Of a stretch of DNA of 64,000 bases, positions 25,677-39,340 are shown in pieces. Position numbers and translations under genes: made by a program. The stretch is from Octopus bimaculoides (Eukaryota), in the NCBI RefSeq assembly GCF_001194135.2, contig NC_068981.1, positions 66,387,883 to 66,451,882 on the forward strand, in the 5' to 3' direction. The notes beneath the pieces are model-generated. The model did no database searches, had not been told where the DNA came from, and saw only the letters and a list, made by a program, of their open reading frames with translations. Position 1 is the stretch's first letter; each line of letters starts with the position of its first letter.

Positions 25677-28600
25677 TCTCACACATACATACAAAACCAA
25701 AAGAGAATCATATAATAAAAATATATATTGGTAACTCCCATTTACAAAGAAAAACACTTTACATGAAGTGTACTGATGAGAGGAATGTGTACGTCTCTGT
25801 TCCAGAATAACATTATAAGAGCAAGTATAATACATCATTCTATTTGGACACTGATGTTATTAGATTCCTCAGACATAGTACCTTTATATACACTTTTTTC
25901 ATTTTACTTTTTCACTCGTTTACAGATTTCAGTCACTGCACTGTATTGAAGGTTTCACATGATCATATTCTCAATTAATTAACTTTCTGCATAAAACAAC
26001 CTGATGCACTATTTTATATCAGTCTACACAGACACATTTCACAAGCTTCTGCACAATGTTTGTCTATAAGATTCCATCCACAAGATAGTATTCAACTCAA
26101 CTGCAGTAGAAGTTTCAAGCAATGGGTTAAAAAACTGGAACTACGTGGCCACAGACATACACACACACACATATATATTCTGTAAATAATAATAATAGTA
26201 TTTTATAAGCTTAAAGCTTATAAGCGATCACCGTGCAATGACTAAAGAAAATAGTCTAATGATGGGGCATATAAGCCCTCGACGGAAAAAGTAGGATTTC
26301 TCATACATATGGTACTCAAACCCACACCTCCTTGTTTTCACAACAAGAATGCTACCATTATACTAGTGCATGCAGTATATATATAATATATATATATATA
26401 CTCAAATTTTTTTGAATCAACAGAAACAAACCTAAAGAATATCCATGCCAGCTTTCCAAATTTGAAATTTCAATTGGTTGTAGGTGTGCATGGAATACTA
26501 AATTCTTTGTAACTTACCCAAGGTGCCACGCAGTGGTACTGAAATCAGAATCATATGGTTGGGAAGCAAACTTCCTACCACACAGCTGCACCTTGTAGCT
26601 TTCTCACAAGAAGAATTGAACAAAGTATTGAAAAACCAACCAAATCATACTTCTGTGATACTTCTGCTAGTTATTACAATCACCTACAATTCCTATTCCC
26701 ATTTAGTACTAGGTAAACTAAGCTGCAGTGAACTATGTATCTTGGCCACTGATGCTGTACAGAGTCAGAGTTAGGAAGCAAACAGCCAACCCTCTTGCTA
26801 ATTATCTGGGACCCTACTGATTTCAGCCATCTGCTCTCCTTATGCTTTATTTATATACCCACCAATTTTAAATAAAGTCTGGTAATAGATGAGCATTGAT
26901 AAATAAATAAATACATTTACTTAGTTTATACAGTTGGCCTTAGAAATAACATTAAGTCTTAAACTAAATAAAATGCTTTATGTTTTTCTTTTTCTTAATT
27001 ACAACCAGAGGCAGAAATAGAATATTCAGTTCAGAAGTTGATTGTATCTTGAAGCATGTCTGATTTGTGATATATAGAAAATACATAACAAATTTAGTAT
27101 TTGCAGAGAAATAGACACAAAGCCACAGCAAATAGCTCAAAATGTTGCATACTATCTTAAGCCTTTGCATGGCCAACACGTAGTTACATCTTGCCTGGGT
27201 TATGATTAACCTTCTCACCATCTCTCCATACTGGCATTTGACATAAACCATACCTCCACCTTTGTTTATCACTCACTCATTCACCTCTACCTCCATATCC
27301 AACCATCTGTCATTCTCACCTCACAGCTTTATGAAACTCCCCACTCCTTACCCATCTGATCCACTGTCTCTCTCTTATGCTCATCTTGTACCTTGAGGAT
27401 TTGCTCTGACACACCATCACCACCATCTTATCTTCTTCCCAGCTACTCCCACCTATCCTTATACAATGTGGGGTAGTTATCCATCTCCTTAATAGCAAGA
27501 CACCTGTGCTTGTCCTTCTACCATATCTTAACACTGCAATACGTGGCATAAATCCACCTTCCTCTCTCAAATACTTGACTCGTTGGATGCCTCTCCTAAT
27601 GTCATCCACTTTACAGAATGTACTGGGTGCTTTTTACATAGCACCAGCATGGGATTCACTTTTACATAAATTACTATGGAGATAGAATTTATAACTCAGT
27701 GTTGCATAAAATAAAGGAACTGACTCGATTTACAAATGTGTTGTAAGATGGGCTAGAACATTTGAGAGGTTACTATTCCTATCTTGCAGGTGAACTTTTT
27801 TTCTCTTAACCAGTCAATGCCTGAACAACTGGGATGATGACAATAATATGTATGAGAAGCTCCATGGCAACTTCTGGTAATAAGCCATGAGTAAAAAAGA
27901 AATTATTTCAATAAATGAGTAGATTGGAAATTGGTTCAAACTATACGTTCCACTCTTCATCATTGTTTAATGTTCTTTGTGCATGCTAGCATGGGTTGGA
28001 TGGTTTGACCAGGGCTGGTAAGCTGAGGGCTGCACCAGATTCCAGTCTGATTTGGAATCGTTTCTATAGCTGGATGCCCTTCCTAATACTGTGTCAAAAC
28101 TGAATCTTATGGATTCAATCTTGACACAGGAAACAAAACCAAACTATTTGACTGTTTCTATTTAATTGAGCATTCTACCACTGAGCCATTTTTTCTAGTC
28201 ATTACATTCACCTCCTTCATTAAGCAGATGTAAGGAGTGAGAAAATGGACAAAGATTAATGCTTTATCTAGAGCTGAGATCAATGCAAGTTATGGAATAC
28301 AAATGACTTTGCCATTGACAAACCAATGTCATAACTCTTCAGGTATTGTAACCTGTCAGATTATAATAGTGATCTCTTTAACTTTGTTATTGTTGTTATA
28401 ACAGATACATAGTTCGTGCAAAGTGTTAAGCTAAATGTCTTACAATAAATAGTTTCATTCTTTCAAATTCTTAGTTCAAATAGCATCAGGGTCAGTTTTA
28501 TCTTTCATCTCTCCTTAACAAACAAAATAAGTCTTGAGCTCATTCCCCAGAATGTCAGGTTCTTAGAGATGACAAAAGATCAAAAGGAGTAACAGTACAT

Positions 28601-28735
28601 GTACAGCATACTTATTCAGCTCTTGTCATCAACAAAGATTAACATTAAGATGATGATATAACCAAGTACAGCATGTAAGCCATGTGTTCTTTATTGTAGA
28701 ACACGGATAAAAACCATATACTTTTGAAAACTTAC

Positions 28736-28819
28736 CTCATGAGCTAGCATTGTATAAAGTTCTTGTTTGGTAATTGATAACCGTTCTCGATCACAGCTGT
28801 CCACAACAAGAATCACAAA
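28736..28819 (-). CDS. ARL5: ARL5 coding exon 4 (84 bp): [28 protein letters not shown]
   Basis: tttttctgcag|TTTGTG...CATGAG|gtaagt. Phase 0 at both ends; ARF/ARL VVDSxDRER motif. Confidence 0.96.
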
Positions 28820-30547
28820 CTGCAGAAAAAGGAAGAGAGATGTTAAAAAGACAAAAACAAAATAATAAACATAATGAATCAGTCATAAACTGTAACTGAG
28901 TGAGTTATTGGTGCACAAGTGAATGCTTCATTTTCCATCTCATGATTCCTGGTTAATATGGACAATTATACATTGTCATTTTCATTGTGAGATGCTGCCT
29001 TACTACTAAAGATCCTCCCCAGTTGCCAACATACTCCCCCATCCTCTCCTCCTACCATTCCTCATCCCTCTACCTAGGTTTATCTGCCCACTCTCTCTTC
29101 TGTTTCTCCTTAGTTATAAGAGCCACTTTAGGACCTTAGCCTTGTAAGTCACAGGGTAGTCATCACTAGCGCTGGTGCCCCCACCCCACAAATAAACATC
29201 CAGAATGCTCTGAAGAAATAGTTGGCATTAGGAAAAGGCATCTAACCATAGAAACCACACCAAAGCAGATATGGGTGCATGACAGTCCACTGACTTGGCA
29301 AACCATTTGACTCATGCCAACATGTAAGGTGGACATTAAATGATGATGATGATGATGACTCAATAGAGAAATATGAGTGGAACTTGTGATTAGCTAAGCA
29401 GGTGGTGACAATGCTACTGTAGTGAACTGATCTCATGTTAGTTTCGACAAACAAGGGTTCAATCACAGGAAGTACCAACCTATTGTATTATAAGTGGTTG
29501 AGTATTCTACAGACACCTGCACCATTAATACAATCTTCCAGTGAAAACTCAGCAGGACACTTTGTGTCAAAAGGCTGGCCTTTCAAATAACAAATACAGG
29601 CCATATGACAAGCTTCCATGCAGTTTCCATCCATCCAATTTCACTCACAAAACCTAAATCAACCTATAGCTAAGCTACAAAACACTTACCCAATGCATCT
29701 TGCAGTGAAATTGAACCCAAAACTTAGTGGTTGAGAAGCCAACATCATAACCACTCAGCCACGTGCTCATAAGGTTCTGTATGTAGTAAGGTTTATTTTA
29801 ATCACACAGCTAATGTTCCCTAAACAATAATTAAAATTTAAAATTAAATGCAATATCAATAAAAAGTAAATTTTAGATATTGTAAAAAAATATAAAGAGT
29901 CAGCTTAGATGCTGGACGATTGCTGAGCACCACAGGAATGAATATCTCAAGCCTTATGAGACACAATCGACTTGTATGTTGTGTTCTCTCAATCAATCTA
30001 AAAAAATATGAGTCTAAATATCAACAGTGAAGCTGGTGCCATGTAAAAAGCTCCAAGTACATTCTGTAAAGTGATTGGCATTAGAAAGTGCATCCAGCCA
30101 TAGAAACCATGCCAAAGCTGACAGCAGAGTTTGGCATAGTTCTTTGGTCTGTCAGTTCCTGTCAAACCATCCAACCTATGCCAGCATGGGAAAAAGACAT
30201 ATGATGATGATGATGATATCAGAAATGAAATGAGAGTCAGCACCTGAATTGGTGACACAAATTGAGGAATTAAAACTGGAGTCAGTGATGAATGCTTTGT
30301 ATACAGACTCCACAGCCCTACCCAAAACCACAATGTTATGAAATAAGCTTAGCCATACAGCCATGCCTAACAAGTTGGGAATATATAGAACTTACCAACT
30401 CCATGGATGTTATGAACAAGTAGAAAAAATATAGGCTAAATGGTAATTTAGCAAACCCATCACACTGAAGCAATCAGAAATCAAGTCATACAAATTAATA
30501 ATGATGTTGATGCTAATATAATTAAAATTGTGTATGAAAATCCATAC

Positions 30548-30695
30548 CTCAGCATTTGTGTAATAAGTGTTCCAAGCAGAACGTAAAGATTCTTGACCAC
30601 CAATATCCCACATTAGAAAACGGATATTTTTCCATATCACTTCTTCTACATTGCTCCCAATTGTTGGAGATGTGTGAACCACTTCATTCATCAGA
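30548..30695 (-). CDS. ARL5: ARL5 coding exon 3 (148 bp): [49 protein letters not shown]
   Basis: tttcttttag|TCTGATGAAT...GCTGAG|gtatgg. G2 PTIG and G3 WDIGGQE motifs. The [17 protein letters not shown] stretch is diagnostic of the ARL5 subfamily. Confidence 0.97.
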
Positions 30696-30840
30696 CTAAA
30701 AGAAAGGGAAAAAAATTAATCAAATAATTATATTTGTTGATGTTATTATTCATGATATCAATCATAGAAAGTTTTCTGTTGTTTGAACAATAAGCAAAAA
30801 CTACAGCTCCTCGTATAGTTGCCTTATACAGCTTGTATAA

Positions 30841-31120
30841 CCTTTTAGCATTTTAAATCAACCCAAATATTCTACTTGTTATATGTTCAAACTGGCCAGA
30901 TTTAACCCTTCAGCATTTAATCCAGCCATATCCAGCCTGAATATTCTTCCTGTTTTGTTTTAAAACTGACCATATCCAACCTTTCACACCTACCCTACAA
31001 TGTCATTCTGAAAATATACAAACCCACAATTGATATTTTGAAACTAGAAGATAATGTATAATTAATTCAAAACAATGTCAATAGAAAAATCAGTTGACAA
31101 AGAAATCTGAATGCTAAAGG
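30841..31120 (+). mobile_element. TTAA-flanked MITE with a duplicated left end, about 145 bp into ARL5 intron 2 from exon 3
   Basis: Two left ends (about 30841 and 30906; TTAA at 30902-30905) and one right end gaatgctaaagg-TTAA (31121-31124). Confidence 0.7.
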
Positions 31121-31702
31121 TTAAAGGTCAGAAACAATGGAGAGAAATTCTAAATATTGAATAGGATAGCTAAGTCAATCTATTGCACTTTTTTTTTTCT
31201 TTTTTTTTTGTGTGTACAAAAATTTGAACACAGCTGTTTGTTCAGTCAAAATACTCTTCGATTATGTAAAACTTTAAGGTTAGTAAAGTGACAGAAGCTG
31301 TAGAGTGTAGAGCAAAATATCTCATCGTAATGTCATGTCCTGAACTCATGTCAGACCAAGATTAATTTGTCTTTTAATCTTCTGAAGGTTCATCAAACAA
31401 GAGCCAGGTGTGTAAAATAGTCAATACAATCGATTCTATCAGTTCAAAGCACAATGTAGTTGACTATAATTATACACTGCTCAAGCTGTTGCTTACAGCT
31501 GCAGTCAACTGTACCTCCCTCAATATAGCTTTTGAGGCTAGGCTGACTGAGACAACGAGATTGCAGAACTGTCACTAGAGACAATGCAGCAACACAGGAA
31601 CTGGGATAAAGAATTTCACCATGTAAGTTGATAGCTACCTCATTGATTCATCCAGTTACAACAAATACCGATAATTTCAATTTTTAGTGTAAGGACAAAA
31701 TA

Positions 31703-32987
31703 CAGGGTGACCCAATAGTTCTGTTACATTTTTTTTGAAGTTCTTAGTTTAACATTAAAAAAAAAGTGGCAATTTTATCATTATTTTATATTGTTTTAAA
31801 GATTTTGTCTTCTTTCAGGTTCCGAAACTCATCTTTAAGATATAGTTTTGTCCAAAATTAGAATGGGACATGAATGATCTGCTGTAGTTGAGCTACATCA
31901 AGCTGGCAAGTCGACATCAGAAATTTTTAATCTTCTAAATTGGCTGAAAATGAAGTGAACGTCCATCAATCGAACCATCAATCGATTTAGAAGATCAAGA
32001 TCATGCGAGAACAGGACATCCTAGGCCAGTCAGGACTTCCAGGCTCCAGAAAATCATCAGTTCCAGAGTTCACAGAAATCCAAAGTGCTCCATGAGAAAG
32101 ATGGCTGCTGAGCTGGGAGAGAATGTTTGAGGTGAGTTGTCAAAAGCGACTTGCTTCATTGAAATGCAGAAAAGTTCACAGCCTAACAACAGCTTCAAAG
32201 AGAAAGGGACTCGCAAGAAGTCGAGCTCTGCTTGAGAGGCTCAATACTCATGGCATGGACAATGTACTCTTCACAGACAAGAAGTTGTTCACAATTGAAG
32301 AAGCTCACAACAGCCAAAATGACAGGGTCCTTGCAGAAAACACTGAGTCATGTCTAGAGGATGCTAGAAATATCCACCACACACAAAAACCTTTATCTGT
32401 AATGGTTTGGGCTGGAGTATCTTTGACAGGGAAAACTCTACTTGTTTTTATTCCTGAAGAAGTCAAAATCAAGGCTGCAAGCTTTGAAGAACTCATTCCT
32501 GAGCCTGTGGTGAAACATTTGAGCCAAGAATTGTTCAACAGTGGCCCCTCTCTTTTCCAGCAGGATGGAGCATCTGCCCACGCTGCCAACAGGACTCAGA
32601 GGTGGCTTAGAGACAATGTCCCAGATTACTTGTCCATGGAAGAATGACCTCTCTCAAGCTCAGACCTCAACCCAATGAACTTCAGCATTTGGTCCATCTT
32701 GGAGACCAATGCTTGTGCTAAATCTCATTGTTTAGTAGTGGCTTTGAAGAGGTCTCTGTAGCATGAATAGAATGAAATACCACTAGAAGTCTTGCGAGCC
32801 ACTGTTGAAGCAGTACTTGATAAACTTAAGGCTGTAATAAAGAAACGAGGTGAATTTATTGTATAATTTTTTGGAGTAACATTGCAGAAAATGTTAAAAA
32901 CTAGTGTGCAAGTTTTCAAGTAAATTGGTTTGGATTTGGCTGAAATACATCGTTTAACCTTTGTAACGGAACTTTTGGGATACCCTG
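31703..32987 (+). mobile_element. Full-length (1285 bp) Tc1/mariner element of the DD37D (maT) family; transposase pseudogene
   Basis: TA at 31701-31702 and 32988-32989. 26-bp TIRs CAGGGTGACCCAATAGTTCTGTTACA versus CAGGGTATCCCAAAAGTTCCGTTACA (22/26). Motifs VLFTDKKLF, HNSQNDRV, VMVWAG, FQQDGASAH, (W*)PLSSSDLNPM(N). 37 residues lie between the second and third catalytic positions; the third is now Asn. Stops and frameshifts present. Confidence 0.9.
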
Positions 32988-35137
32988 TATAGTAAGAGAC
33001 ATAAAACAGAATTGTTTTCTTTTTCTAATGCTTTTAACTACAATGATTCAGGAACTATTACTTTAAACCACACTACTCTGTTGATTTGCCTAATTTTGTT
33101 TTTCTTTATCTGATTTAGTCAAACAGGTTTATTATTTCAGAAGTGCATGTATAAATTACGTTTGAAAAAATCTAAACACTTCACTTTCATCAATGCTCTA
33201 AAAATTGATGATAAAAAGCAATGATCTAGAAAGAATTGACTATTATAGTGGTTGATTAATTAGGTAAAAAATACTTTGTGCATGTGAGTGTTTGCACATG
33301 ATCCCCTTCTCTTCAGCTGACACCAGCTTGTTAAATTAAACCAGTTATATTTAAGGTAGACTGAAAGTCACTAGGTTAGGCAAATATTAAATTAAACAGT
33401 GTTTGGCTTTCGTTGCCATTGCCCTTCATTACAGTTATGCTTTTCCCCATTTTGCATTTTATTATGGCTTCAGTTCACTCTAAATTCTAGAAGATACTAA
33501 CTTGCGGCCATCCACATTAATACTCTCAAAAACATGATGGTCTACCTACTATTCAAATCTCTATAATATTAAGTATATTCTTTCTCATTTCCATCATTTG
33601 TTTGTCCCTCTCTTGTCTCTTTCCTTTACTCTTTCTCTCTCTCTCTCACACACACACACACAAACTTGCTCTATCTCTTGCACAGCCACAGCAAAGACAG
33701 CCCATCTACAAATTCTGGTCACTCCAAAATCCTAATCTTCGAAAACATACAACAGTATTTCTCTCATCTACACACTTTGTAGTTATCATACAATAATATT
33801 CTTTCTCATTGCTGACCATCATACCATAACAGGGAGTACCATCTATTTTCAACATTGCTGAATCGCCCAGTTACTATTACTTTCAGTTGTAACATTTAAA
33901 CAAATTTTGCCATCTCAAATTTCTCTCCTTCCTCTGAAACACCAACTTGGTATTCATTAGTTAGACATGCTGGTGATTTGCTCTCCTATGTCATTCACTA
34001 ATGATCTCTTACTCTTGAAAACTTCATTAAAAGCAATATCATCATGTCTAGCATACAACCTCCTAACTAAATTGCCTTCCTGTGGGCTCCATTTGTCTCA
34101 TCTGTTAGAACTGACAATTCCAGTTTCACACAGTATTACCATACCATGTGCTGAATGGGTTCCCTCTAATCTGGCATATCTCAAATTTTAATAAAGTTAC
34201 TTACAGTCTTCTTTCTGGCTATCACTTCTAGCAACACACACATATGATACCACACTTCGGTCTACCTTAACTTTCTATACACAAGTGTTATTCACGTCCA
34301 ACCTAAACCCCAAACATTCTCTACAAATTCAAGAGATCTTAGAACCTCCCTCCAATGGTGACAACTTAGTCACATTCAACATCACAATGATACTGTACTA
34401 CATATATTAAAGACAAAATCTTGTACATCACACTTTTTAGCCATGAATAACATGTACTAAAATCCTCAAAGTCAACACATGCTCATTGATCTTTCATGAT
34501 AACCTTGCAAATATAACATTATCAGAAAGCAACCCTCTTTTAATGATACTAGAAATCCTCTGCTCCTTTGAATTATGTAGCTGCATAACCTATTAACATA
34601 GATTCACCACCCTTCTTCAGATATTGCCTGACCGAGTTGCACCTCTTCAGCTCTGCACAGAACACTTAACCCAATTTTTCTTGGGTTAAGTGTTATGTGT
34701 CCTCTAGGAATCCCACAAACACACACAGGCCACATTATTCTAGTATTATTCTTAAAGATGTCAGAACTGAACATTAACTAGACTGATCTTACCAATCTGA
34801 AAGAATTTTCAATGGCTTAAGTTCTAACTTCTAAAGAAAAATCAACTGAATCAACGCATATTCAATCCTGGTATTTAACCAGGTGCATAGAAACATGGTA
34901 GAAAGGAACAAAAGTAAATACCATTAGGCATGTGATACATGTCATTTTATCTCTTTATTAATAATGTTTTCATTGAAATAATGCAATTCTATTCTACAAT
35001 TCTCTGAAAGAAAAACACCCACAATCAAACAACAAATTTCTTTCTCACAAAATTTTTATCAAAAAGTGAAAATTGTTTCTTAGCATGTTCTTTGGTAAGT
35101 GTATTTGTATCTGTCCATTCTCCCAAAGTCTTTCTTT

Positions 35138-35226
<89 letters not shown>

Positions 35227-38200
35227 TACACCTCTATAAATACATCCGTATTCACATGCGCACACACACACACTTGTTCAGGTCTATTTTTTCTTTATTT
35301 TTCAGAAGCCCAAAAGCTCCAGTAACCAAGTTAAACATTAAGCTTTATCAACCACATTAATTTTGTCTTCTTTCTTTTCTTCTTTATTATATTTATTAGA
35401 GTATAGAAGAGTCAACTGTTCTTATCTACATGATTCCAAAATGAAATTATAAAGGGTTATCCTCTCAGTTTATCCATCATTATCAAGTTTTTATCATGGT
35501 TCTGTTCCTTCATCTTTCTGCCACCACAATCCACATTTCTGGAATGCACAAGTGTCTATATACACCCATACAAATGCCAATATCACTAAATGCTTCTACA
35601 GAAACTGAAGTTAAAAAAATAGTGGGGAATAATCACAAATGTATTCTGTCAAAATGAGTTGGGAACACACACAGAGGAAACAAGGTTATGTTGCTTTGTA
35701 TACAACAGAGAAGGAGAATATAATTGTGTCGTATACACTAGCTCAAACAATACAGCCATACACACATACAAATATATGTCCACATTCACATGTCTACATG
35801 CTTTGATGTCAAGGGAGCAACAAAATGAGTATGTTGTTTTCATAGTTGTTGCTGTGTAACCCAAGGTCAGCACTGATTAAACAAACTAATGATATGTATC
35901 TTCTCTCTGCTGATACTCAGCTCAGTATACTCACATCTCATCATAATCATAATCTAGACTTCACCAACTGGGCCCAAACTTTTAAATTATGGTAAATAAG
36001 ATACAGATATGTTGAATTCCAGAATTTTGAAAACAAAAAAAATTGTTTCCATTCCTAATTTCCATGATTTTAAGCATGTGCTTTAAGCTACAATACTATC
36101 AACTACCTTTTCAATACCAACCCATCTGAGAATGCTCCTGCTTCTATGATACAAATTTCCAGTTTTAAAGTGATCTAAATTAAAACCTTCCATCAAAATT
36201 TCATGTTAATTTATATTCCAAACACACCTTTTACTTTTTTTCCTTCATTTTCTCCCCAAAATTAATGGAAATGAAAAGCAGTGAATTTCAGCAGAAATAT
36301 AGTAACAAAAAGACTGAAATAGAATTTTTTCACGCCTTTTAATATTTCACATTCATTAATGATTTAATATAAATATTGACCTCCAGTCTATTTGAACACA
36401 ATGAATATGAATGGGTTAAAATGAGAAAGAAAAAGAACTCGATTTCTACTGAACAGAAAGTGCCATAACAATCAATTTAATCTGTTCAAGAGAACCTGTA
36501 TAATGTCTTAATCTCATTTGGTGATAAGGATGACATCTATAAACAAAGAGACTCAGGAAATTACATAGTTTCTTTTTCTTTTTCTTTTTTTCTTTTTTTG
36601 TAATGCTGCATATCTCTGCAAATCTTATTCATGCTCAGTAACCTCAGTAGCTCATTGTTCACTCTTCTATGCATGGTGATATTACCTCTCCAACAAATCA
36701 GACATCACTCAGTCATTTCTCTCAAATGTCTGGAAATTTTTCCACACTAAGAACCCACGTTTCTCTGTCACAAAGTATCATGTTCCAAATGCATGTATGT
36801 TTAAAACAGCCTGCTTTTTGTACGGAGAAAGAAACCCTCTGTTGACAATAGAAATAACAACTCTCTGAACTTCTTCCAACTCTTTTATATTCTAACAACT
36901 GTACTTTCACTACAACCACCTTCTGTATTAAATTTATCACACACTTACATCAGGCATGTCTACACAGACACACATATCAGATATAGGGGTGGACAAAAAT
37001 AAGTATACAGTTACTTAATAGGAGTGAAATGTTCTTTTCATTTTTCTTTCTTTTTTAGGATAAGAATTCTATGATTCTATGTTCTTTTTAACTAATTTTT
37101 TCTATAATAAAATGTGCTTAGGTTTAAAAAAGAAATAGAGAAATGAATAGAACATTCCACACATATTAAACAACCATATACCTATTTTTGTCCATCTTCG
37201 TATATAAATGAAGGAGCAAGAAGTATTTCGGTATTCAATGTAGTAGTACACTGACACACACAATTGAGATGAGATCTTGAGAACATACACCTAAATAAAT
37301 GAAGACTGGAAACTCTACCTCCCTATCTCTCAGGAGAATACCCCAATCCATTGTAGTTAGCAATTTTTAGATGAAATGTTTTGAAGCAATTGTTCTGGCT
37401 TTTTGAAGTCTGAATGTTCAAATACCATCGAGATCAACTTTGCCTTTAATCCTCCTGGAGTTGATAAGTACCAGCCTCGGGTGGTGAACTGGCAGAACCA
37501 TTAGAGCATGGGGTGAGATAGTTTGTGGTATCTGTCCCACTCTTTGTGTTCTGAGTTCAAATCCAGCTATGGAGCATGGTCTAGTTGGATAGAAGATTTA
37601 ATCTATCACCTGGTTTAACCAGTTGGACACAAACTTTAAACGTTGGTGAATAGGATAAAGCTAACTTGAATTCTATCTAGTTCCTGGATGCTTTTGGAAG
37701 AGTTTACTCTGTTGCAAACATTTAGACAAGTCTCTGGTTTCAGGATGTTGCCTTCTCTCCTACCTAGAAGTCTCAAAGGCCCTGGGAAAGATCATGGACA
37801 TTGCCCTTCCACTTGATTACGGGATAAAAAAAAATTCCCTAGATGCTACCAAGCTTACTTCTAACAGCTAGGTGAACTGGGGTAGTGTAGAATGTAATGT
37901 TCAACCCAGAAATATATTTAGGTCAACCAGCAGATATGAACTCTAATCCAACAGCTAATCCTCACAGCAATATTACCTCCCAGTTTCAGCCAGTATACAT
38001 GATATACCACTCATCTGCTAGAAATGACAGCCAAATCATTCTAAAATTACACCCTACTGTTGTAAAAGAAAAAGAACAGTTAAGAAAATGACTGGAATGC
38101 CATATTTCACTAAAGGTCTGCTTGATCAGGATGATACACAAATATAGGAACTAAACAAAAACCATATTCATATATATTTGCATGCTATTCTCTTATTCTT

Positions 38201-39097
38201 TTACTTGTTTCAGTCATTTGACAGCAGTCATGGTAGACCACTGCCTCTGCCTCAAAGGGTTTTAGTCAAAGAAATATACTCCAGGTTTTATTCTTTGTAA
38301 GCCTTATTCTATCGGTCTCATTTGATGAACTGTTAAGTTACAAGGACATAAACATACCAGCATCAGTCGTCAAATGATTACAGGGGGGACAACACAAACA
38401 CAGGAACAAAGGCAAACACACACACACACACACACACACGACAGGCTTGTTTCAGTTTCCTTTGACCAAATCCACTTGCAAGGCTTTGGTCGGCCCAAGG
38501 CTATAGTAGAAGACACTTACCCGATGTGCTATGCACTGGGACCAAACTCGGAACCATGTGGTTGAGAAGCAAGCTTCTTACTACACAACCACATATGTTT
38601 TAATATATTTCTTTTTTAATTACATAAAACAGAATGCAAATTAACTGAGTGAAAATTAAGAGGCATAAGGGTTGGCTAATGTTTAACTCCACCCATAAAA
38701 CAGAGGAGTTATTAACAAAAGATTAAATCCATGCATGAACAAGTATGAAGCTGTAGTATCAACAATGATGAATTTTGAGATAAGTCCTTGAAGTGAAAAT
38801 AGGAAATCAAAAGGTTTAAATGCAATCAATAAACCGTGTCCATAATTATCCATGCTGATGATAGCTTACAATTAGCTGGTAGTATGTATTTATCACTTAA
38901 AAAATCTCAGTCACACGGTAGGTGGAAAGAGGTTAGCTAAATGGGAAGATTACATATAAATAATAGAATAGAAAAAAAAAAGAAAAACACCTCACACACC
39001 AGAATATTGATTAATGGATTATAGAAGCCATCCAAGATATCAAAATTTGTAAGACCGAGTAAAAGATTGTTTGTGTATGTGAGTATATACACACTAT

Positions 39098-39129
<32 letters not shown>

Positions 39130-39340
39130 TACTGAAACTCAAATTCTATTTGTTATTTGCTTTATGACTGTAAGTCATCATCATCATTATTATTATTATT
39201 AAGGCAGCGAGCTGGAAGAAACGTTAGTACATCGGGCGAAATGCTTAGCAGTATTTTGTCTGTCTTTATGTTCTGAGTTCAAATTCTGCAGAGGTCAACT
39301 TTGCCTTTCATCCTTTCGGGGTTGATAAATTAAGTACCAA

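Noticed and set aside
30410-30547. C-terminal extension VWIFIHNF... of the 93-aa ORF
   Set aside because: Read-through into the intron past the GAG|gtatgg donor; ARL5 homology resumes at 28819.
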